Below are positions 59,099-64,000 of a stretch of DNA of 64,000 nucleotides, piece after piece. The DNA is taken from contig CAWBST010000021.1 in assembly GCA_963791495.1 (NCBI GenBank), positions 136,515 to 200,514 of the forward strand, given 5' to 3'. This stretch comes from an uncultured Alphaproteobacteria bacterium. Its GTDB lineage: Bacteria; Pseudomonadota; Alphaproteobacteria; Acetobacterales; Acetobacteraceae. The first letter of the stretch is position 1. Each line of letters starts with the position of its first letter. Under the pieces are notes generated by a model, which was given only the letters and a program-made list of their open reading frames with translations, was not told where the DNA came from and made no database searches. Position numbers and translations under genes: made by a program.

Positions 59099-59483
59099 AA
59101 CCATGCCGCTGCGCACGTCCGACGACGTGGTGAGAGTGCGACAGGCGGTGCGGGCGCGCGCGGTCGCCGCGGGTTTCAGCTTGGTGGATCAGACGAAGAT
59201 CGTCACGGCGGCGAGCGAGATCGGCCGCAATACGCTCGATTACGGTGGGGGCGGCACGCTGCGCATCGAAGTGCTGCGCAACGGACGGCGCTGCGGCGTG
59301 CGCCTGACCTTTGAGGACCAGGGGCCGGGAATTGCCGACCTTACACAGGCAATGAAGGACGGCTATACGACCGGCTCCGGCCTTGGCCTCGGCCTTGGTG
59401 GCGCAAAGCGGCTGTGCAACGAGTTCGACGTTCGGTCAGCACCCGGACAGGGCACCGTCGTGACGATCGCGAGATGGACATAG
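59079..59483 (+). CDS. rsbT: RsbT-like GHKL serine kinase
   Basis: EIGRNTLDYGGGG (N box), DQGPGI, and GSGLGLGLGG. Alternative ATG at 59103. Confidence 0.8.
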   Translation: MQTEFDETMPLRTSDDVVRVRQAVRARAVAAGFSLVDQTKIVTAASEIGRNTLDYGGGGTLRIEVLRNGRRCGVRLTFEDQGPGIADLTQAMKDGYTTGSGLGLGLGGAKRLCNEFDVRSAPGQGTVVTIARWT

Positions 59484-59484
59484 C

Positions 59485-60465
59485 ATGTTCGCCACGGTAG
59501 CCGACGCGAGTCAGGTCGCGGACACCCGCAGGACAGTGAGCGAACTTGCCCGGCGCATCGGCCTGGGACAGTCGAAGATCGACCGGGCGGCAATCGTCGT
59601 CACCGAACTGGCGACCAACCTCTTGAAGCACGGCGGCGGCGGCCATATCCACGCACGACAGTGTGACGATGCAGATGGCCGCGGGCTGGAACTGCTCGCA
59701 CTGGATCGCGGCGGCGGCATGACCGACCCGAGCCGCTGTATGCAGGATGGCTACTCGACTGCCGGCAGTCCCGGCAACGGCCTTGGTGCGATCGCGCGCC
59801 TCGCGGACGCTGTACAGATCTACACACGTGCCGGACAGGGCTGCGTCGTGATGGCCCGATTTGTCGAAGGCCCGGTGCGGGATGTGCGACCGGTGCTGGG
59901 TGTTGCGATCGCTCCCTATCCGGGCGAACGCGTCTCTGGCGACAATTGGTCGTGGAGAGCCAGCTCGCACGGTCCAACGATCATGCTGGTCGACGGCTCA
60001 GGCCATGGTGTCGAGGCGGCACGTGCCGCCGAGATCGCTGTCCGGACATTTTCGGAGAACGCTGATGCAGCCTGCGAAGTTGTCGTCGAGCGGATCCATC
60101 GTGCCCTTGCGCCGACCCGCGGCGGCGCAGTGGCGGTCGCGCGGATCGACGCGGCGGCCGGCGTCGTCCGCTTCGTCGGACTGGGCAATGTCAGTGCCGT
60201 GCTCGTGAGTGCCGGCAAGACGCGCCACATGGTCTCGCACAACGGAACGGCCGGACACGTCGCGCCACGCATCCGCGAGTTCACCTACGATTTTACCGGC
60301 GAGCCGATGGTGATCCTGCATTCGGACGGGCTGACCAGCCGCTGGAACTTGGCGGCCTACCCGGGGTTGGCCGGTCAACACCCGTCCTTGATTGCCGGCG
60401 TTCTGCTGCGTGACCACCGGCGCGAACGAGATGACGCCGCAGTGGTCATCATGCGGGGAACGTAA
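59485..60465 (+). CDS. Fusion of a GHKL (RsbW/RsbT-like) domain and a PP2C/SpoIIE phosphatase (RsbX-like)
   Basis: N-half: ELATNLLKHGGGG, DRGGGM, GNGLGA. C-half: ERVSGDNW, LVDGSGHGVEAA, HSDGL, DDAAVV. Confidence 0.8.
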   Translation: MFATVADASQVADTRRTVSELARRIGLGQSKIDRAAIVVTELATNLLKHGGGGHIHARQCDDADGRGLELLALDRGGGMTDPSRCMQDGYSTAGSPGNGLGAIARLADAVQIYTRAGQGCVVMARFVEGPVRDVRPVLGVAIAPYPGERVSGDNWSWRASSHGPTIMLVDGSGHGVEAARAAEIAVRTFSENADAACEVVVERIHRALAPTRGGAVAVARIDAAAGVVRFVGLGNVSAVLVSAGKTRHMVSHNGTAGHVAPRIREFTYDFTGEPMVILHSDGLTSRWNLAAYPGLAGQHPSLIAGVLLRDHRRERDDAAVVIMRGT

Positions 60466-60476
60466 TAGAGTAGGCC

Positions 60477-62612
60477 ATGGATATCTGCCTGCTGCGGATC
60501 GTGATTGCTGCCGAGACCGACATCGTGCTGGTCCGCAGCCGGACGCGGCGTCTCGCCGAACTGATCGGGTTCGATGCGCAGGATCAGACGCGCATCACGA
60601 CAGCGGTTTCGGAGATCGCCCGCAATGCCTACGAGTATGCGGGCGGCGGCAACATCGGGTTTCACCTGATCGGCGAGACGGCGACGCCAAGTTTCGTCAT
60701 CGTGGTACGCGACCGCGGGTCCGGCATTGCCAATCTGGCCGCCGTGCTGTCTGGCTCGCACAAGTCAGCGACGGGCATGGGCATCGGGCTGCTGGGCGCG
60801 CGACGCCTGATGGATACGTTCGACATCACGTCGAAACCCGGCGAGGGCACGACGGTGCGGCTCGGCAAGACGTTGCCCCGGACAGCGCCCGCGGTTACCC
60901 AGGCGTCGCTCAAGCGCATCATGGACAGTCTGTCGGCGGATGGTCCTGCGGATGCGATTGCGGAAATCAAGCGGCAAAATCAGCAGATTCTGCTGCAGAT
61001 GGATGAGCTGCGATCGCGCCAGGAGGATCTTCAGCGGCTCAATCAGGAGCTGCAGGACACCAACCGCGGTGTTGTCGCGCTTTACGCCGAGCTGGACGAG
61101 CGCGCAGATCACCTACGGCGCGCCGATGAGCTGAAATCGAAGTTCCTCTCGCATATGAGCCACGAATTCCGCACGCCGCTCAACTCGATCCTGGCGTTGT
61201 CGCGGCTGCTGATGTCGCGCAGCGACGGCCCGCTGACGGCGGAGCAGGAGACGCAGGTCCGCTTCATCCAAAGGGCGGCCATGAACCTGACCGAGCTGGT
61301 CGACGATCTTCTGGACCTCGCAAAGGTGGAGGCCGGCAAGACGGTGGTGGTCGCATCCCCCTTCACGGCCGCGTCGCTGTTCGGTGCGTTGCGAGGGATG
61401 TTGCGACCCTTGCTGGTTGGCGACGCGGTGAGCCTGGTGTTCGAGGACCCGCACGATCTGCCGCCGCTCGACACCGACGAGGCCAAGGTGTCGCAGATAT
61501 TGCGCAATTTCATCTCGAACGCGATCAAGTTCACCGAACGCGGGGAAGTGCGGGTCTGGGCCACGGCCGATCCCGTTGCCGATACGGTCAGTCTGCACGT
61601 GCGCGATACCGGCATCGGGATCGCCGCCAACGACATCGACATCATCTTCCAGGAGTTCGGGCAAGTCTCACATCGGCTGCAAGGTCGTGTGAAGGGCACC
61701 GGCCTTGGCTTGCCATTGGCGAAGAAGCTGGCCGAGCTGCTCGGCGGCTCGATCGCCGTTGAAAGCACGCCTGGCGACGGCTCGACATTCTCCGTGACCC
61801 TGCCTCGGGTCTATCAGTCCGGCGAGTCGGCGGATGCCGAGCAGGAGCAGGTGCTGGAGCCGGGACGCATACCAGTGCTGCTGGTGGAAGACGATCCGGC
61901 GGATGCGCTCGCGATCGAACGTCTGCTTGCCGGCTCGATCTATCAGCCGTTGCTCGCCCGCTCGGTCCGAGATGCCAGGAGTCTCATGCAGGCGGTACGG
62001 CCCGATGCGATTTTGCTCGACATCGTGCTGATGGGCGATGAGAGCTGGCGGCTGCTGCTGGAGATGCGCGGCCAGGAGGCAAACGCCGACATCCCGCTGA
62101 TCGTCACATCATCTACCGGCGAAGTTCGCAAGGCCGCACATCTGGGCGCCGATGAGTACCTCGCCAAGCCAGTCGATGGCGAAAGATTGATCGACATTCT
62201 GGACAGGGTGACGGGGCGCCATTCGCTCACGCAAGTGTTGCTGGTGGATGACGAAGAGGTGACTCATTACTTGGTCCGCCAGCTCTTGCCGCGTGCGCAA
62301 TATCGGCTTTGGATCGCGAACAACGGCAAGGACGCACTGGATCGCCTGGTTGAACAAAGCCCTGACGTGGTCCTGCTTGATCTCAGGATGCCGGGGATGA
62401 GTGGTTTTGAATTTCTCGATCGCGTGAAGCAGAATGCTGCGCTCGCCGAGCTGCCGGTCATTGTATTGACTTCGACAACACCGCAGCCGGAGGAGCGCGC
62501 TTTGCTGGGCGGCGCTTCGCTGATCATTTCGAAAACCGACCTTGCATCTGGGTCACTGACCGATGCCATCGGCAGGGTCCTTCGGCTCGGCGAGAGGGTC
62601 GGCGCCGCATGA
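60477..62612 (+). CDS. Hybrid sensor histidine kinase: GHKL-like N-domain, coiled coil, HisKA, HATPase, REC, REC
   Basis: EIARNAYEYAGGG/DRGSGI/GMGIGLLG, then SHMSHEFRTPLNS (H box), DTGIGI, GTGLGLPLAK. REC domains VLLVEDDP...LLDIVL and VLLVDDEE...LLDLRMPGMSG. Confidence 0.88.
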   Translation: MDICLLRIVIAAETDIVLVRSRTRRLAELIGFDAQDQTRITTAVSEIARNAYEYAGGGNIGFHLIGETATPSFVIVVRDRGSGIANLAAVLSGSHKSATGMGIGLLGARRLMDTFDITSKPGEGTTVRLGKTLPRTAPAVTQASLKRIMDSLSADGPADAIAEIKRQNQQILLQMDELRSRQEDLQRLNQELQDTNRGVVALYAELDERADHLRRADELKSKFLSHMSHEFRTPLNSILALSRLLMSRSDGPLTAEQETQVRFIQRAAMNLTELVDDLLDLAKVEAGKTVVVASPFTAASLFGALRGMLRPLLVGDAVSLVFEDPHDLPPLDTDEAKVSQILRNFISNAIKFTERGEVRVWATADPVADTVSLHVRDTGIGIAANDIDIIFQEFGQVSHRLQGRVKGTGLGLPLAKKLAELLGGSIAVESTPGDGSTFSVTLPRVYQSGESADAEQEQVLEPGRIPVLLVEDDPADALAIERLLAGSIYQPLLARSVRDARSLMQAVRPDAILLDIVLMGDESWRLLLEMRGQEANADIPLIVTSSTGEVRKAAHLGADEYLAKPVDGERLIDILDRVTGRHSLTQVLLVDDEEVTHYLVRQLLPRAQYRLWIANNGKDALDRLVEQSPDVVLLDLRMPGMSGFEFLDRVKQNAALAELPVIVLTSTTPQPEERALLGGASLIISKTDLASGSLTDAIGRVLRLGERVGAA

Positions 62613-64000
62613 GCCATTGCGCGGCCAACATCCTTGTCGTCGATGATGATGATGGCGGCCGCTATCTGAAGGCACATGTCCTGCGGAAGCACGGCTACCA
62701 CGTCAGCGAGGCTGCGACAGGCATCGACGCGATTGAGCAATGTTGCGCCTCTGCGCCCGACCTGGTTCTGCTCGACGTCATGTTGCCCGATATTCACGGG
62801 ATCGAGGTCAGTCGGCGGATCAAGGCCGCGAACCCTGGCATCGCTGTGCTGCAGACGTCGGCCGCGGTCACCAGCCCGCAGGATCGTGCGGTGGCGCTGG
62901 ACGGCGGGGCGGACGGCTTTCTGGTCGAGCCGATCGAACCTAGCGAACTGCTCGCGACCGCGCAGGCCCTGCTGCGGATGCGGGGAGCGGAGCAGGATCT
63001 GCGCCAGCTCAACGAGAGCCTGGAACTGCAGGTTGCCGAACGCACCCGCGCTCTGACCGAGGCCAATCGACGGCTGCAAGTCGAGATCGAGGAGCGTCGC
63101 AAGACCGAAGAGGTACTCTGGCATACGCAAAAGCTGGAGGTGATCGGCCAGCTCACCGGCGGCATCGCCCACGACTTCAACAATCTGCTCGCAGTCATCG
63201 TGGGCAGCATGGAGATGATCCGCTCTGCCTTCGAAGCGGGCGGCGATTTGCCGCGCGCGAAGATCATGCGCCTGCTGAAGGCGTCCGAGAGCGCGACGGG
63301 CCGCGCGACGAAATTGACGCAACAGCTCCTCGCTTTCGCCCGCCGCAGCACGTTCACGCTCGATATCGTCACGCTCGACGAAGTACTCGTGGCATGCGAA
63401 CCATTTCTGCGGCGTGCTCTGGGCGACGAAAGCACGCTGGACCTGCAGTTCGAACCCGACCTGTGGTCTTGCCGGATCGATGCCGCTCAGTTCGAGGCGG
63501 CGATCCTGAACCTTGTCGTCAACGCGCGCGACGCCATGCCGGGTGGCGGCCGATTGGAGATCACCACTGGCAACGTCGTGGTCGATGCAGCAGAGGCGCG
63601 ACGTTCGCCGGACCTGACCGCCGGCGATTATGTGCTCGTGGGCATCACGGATACCGGCACCGGCATGGACGCCAATGTCGCGGCGCACATATTCGAGCCG
63701 TTCTTCACGACCAAGGAGGTTGGCAAGGGCACGGGGCTCGGACTCAGCCAAGTCTATGGCTTCATAAAGCAGTCGGGCGGGCACGTGGTGATCGACAGCG
63801 AACTCGGTGTCGGCACGACGTTTCGCCTGTATCTGCCCCGGTGCGAAGATCCACGGCAGGCCAGCGATGTCCTGGACACGACAACGGACGTGACGCCGAC
63901 CGGACATGAGACGGTGCTCGTTGTCGAGGACAACGCCGAGGTGCTGGAGCTTGCGGTCGCCACGATCAGCGATCTGGGCTATCGGGTGTTGACCGCAGCG
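62609..64000 (+). CDS. Hybrid histidine kinase REC-HisKA-HATPase-REC, 3' end outside the window
   Basis: Own translation from ATG 62609 (ATGA overlap with the previous gene) stays open for 464 codons to the window end. ILVVDDDD...LLDVMLPD, GGIAHDFNNLL, NARDAMPGGG, GTGLGLSQVYG, then VLVVEDNAEV. Not in the ORF track because there is no stop. Confidence 0.85.
   Translation, partial: MSHCAANILVVDDDDGGRYLKAHVLRKHGYHVSEAATGIDAIEQCCASAPDLVLLDVMLPDIHGIEVSRRIKAANPGIAVLQTSAAVTSPQDRAVALDGGADGFLVEPIEPSELLATAQALLRMRGAEQDLRQLNESLELQVAERTRALTEANRRLQVEIEERRKTEEVLWHTQKLEVIGQLTGGIAHDFNNLLAVIVGSMEMIRSAFEAGGDLPRAKIMRLLKASESATGRATKLTQQLLAFARRSTFTLDIVTLDEVLVACEPFLRRALGDESTLDLQFEPDLWSCRIDAAQFEAAILNLVVNARDAMPGGGRLEITTGNVVVDAAEARRSPDLTAGDYVLVGITDTGTGMDANVAAHIFEPFFTTKEVGKGTGLGLSQVYGFIKQSGGHVVIDSELGVGTTFRLYLPRCEDPRQASDVLDTTTDVTPTGHETVLVVEDNAEVLELAVATISDLGYRVLTAA

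Noticed and set aside
62267-63907. 546-aa ORF on the - strand
   Set aside because: Antisense to the REC-HisKA-HATPase-REC gene, which I translated continuously from 62609 to the window end.
1-64000. Search by eye for tRNA, rRNA, CRISPR repeats, IS elements, integrases, and toxin-antitoxin or defence genes
   Set aside because: None recognised. Intergenic regions are short apart from 9493-10110. No direct-repeat arrays or terminal inverted repeats were seen. A covariance-model scan would be needed to exclude small RNAs.

Overview
High-GC chromosomal segment whose gene content and synteny look alphaproteobacterial, probably Bradyrhizobium/Rhodopseudomonas/Afipia-like (inference only). I count about 65 protein-coding genes. 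I saw no rRNA, tRNA, CRISPR array, transposase or integrase. Housekeeping blocks: gmk-yicC; rpsF-rpsR-rplI; sua5; pepA-holC; ppx-rlmE with divergent ppk2; cysS-DUF305-trmJ; map-cupin-radC; rpiA; a DD-carboxypeptidase; phasin; clpS-clpA. Accessory blocks: (i) a leaderless DUF1800-DUF1501-NHL operon. (ii) A 10-gene paaA-paaB-CYP153-paaC-paaD-ridA-hydrolase-tauD-DUF35-thiolase operon with no PaaE or other redox partner. (iii) A translationally coupled HTH/methyltransferase-like gene plus a divergent MTHFR-like gene. (iv) M20 peptidase, APC permease, PrpF and a solo HyuB. (v) At the 3' end, a stressosome-type rsbR-rsbS-rsbT module followed by a GHKL-PP2C fusion and two hybrid histidine kinases (five REC domains in all, counting the divergent single-REC gene) with no sigma or anti-sigma factor in view. 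Several conserved genes (oxyR, pepA, holC, rlmE and the M20 peptidase) are broken by small indels. Four of the five lie within 10.1-15.8 kb, so this is either real gene decay or local assembly error. Many long ORFs in the track are mirror-frame artefacts of the high GC content and were rejected.
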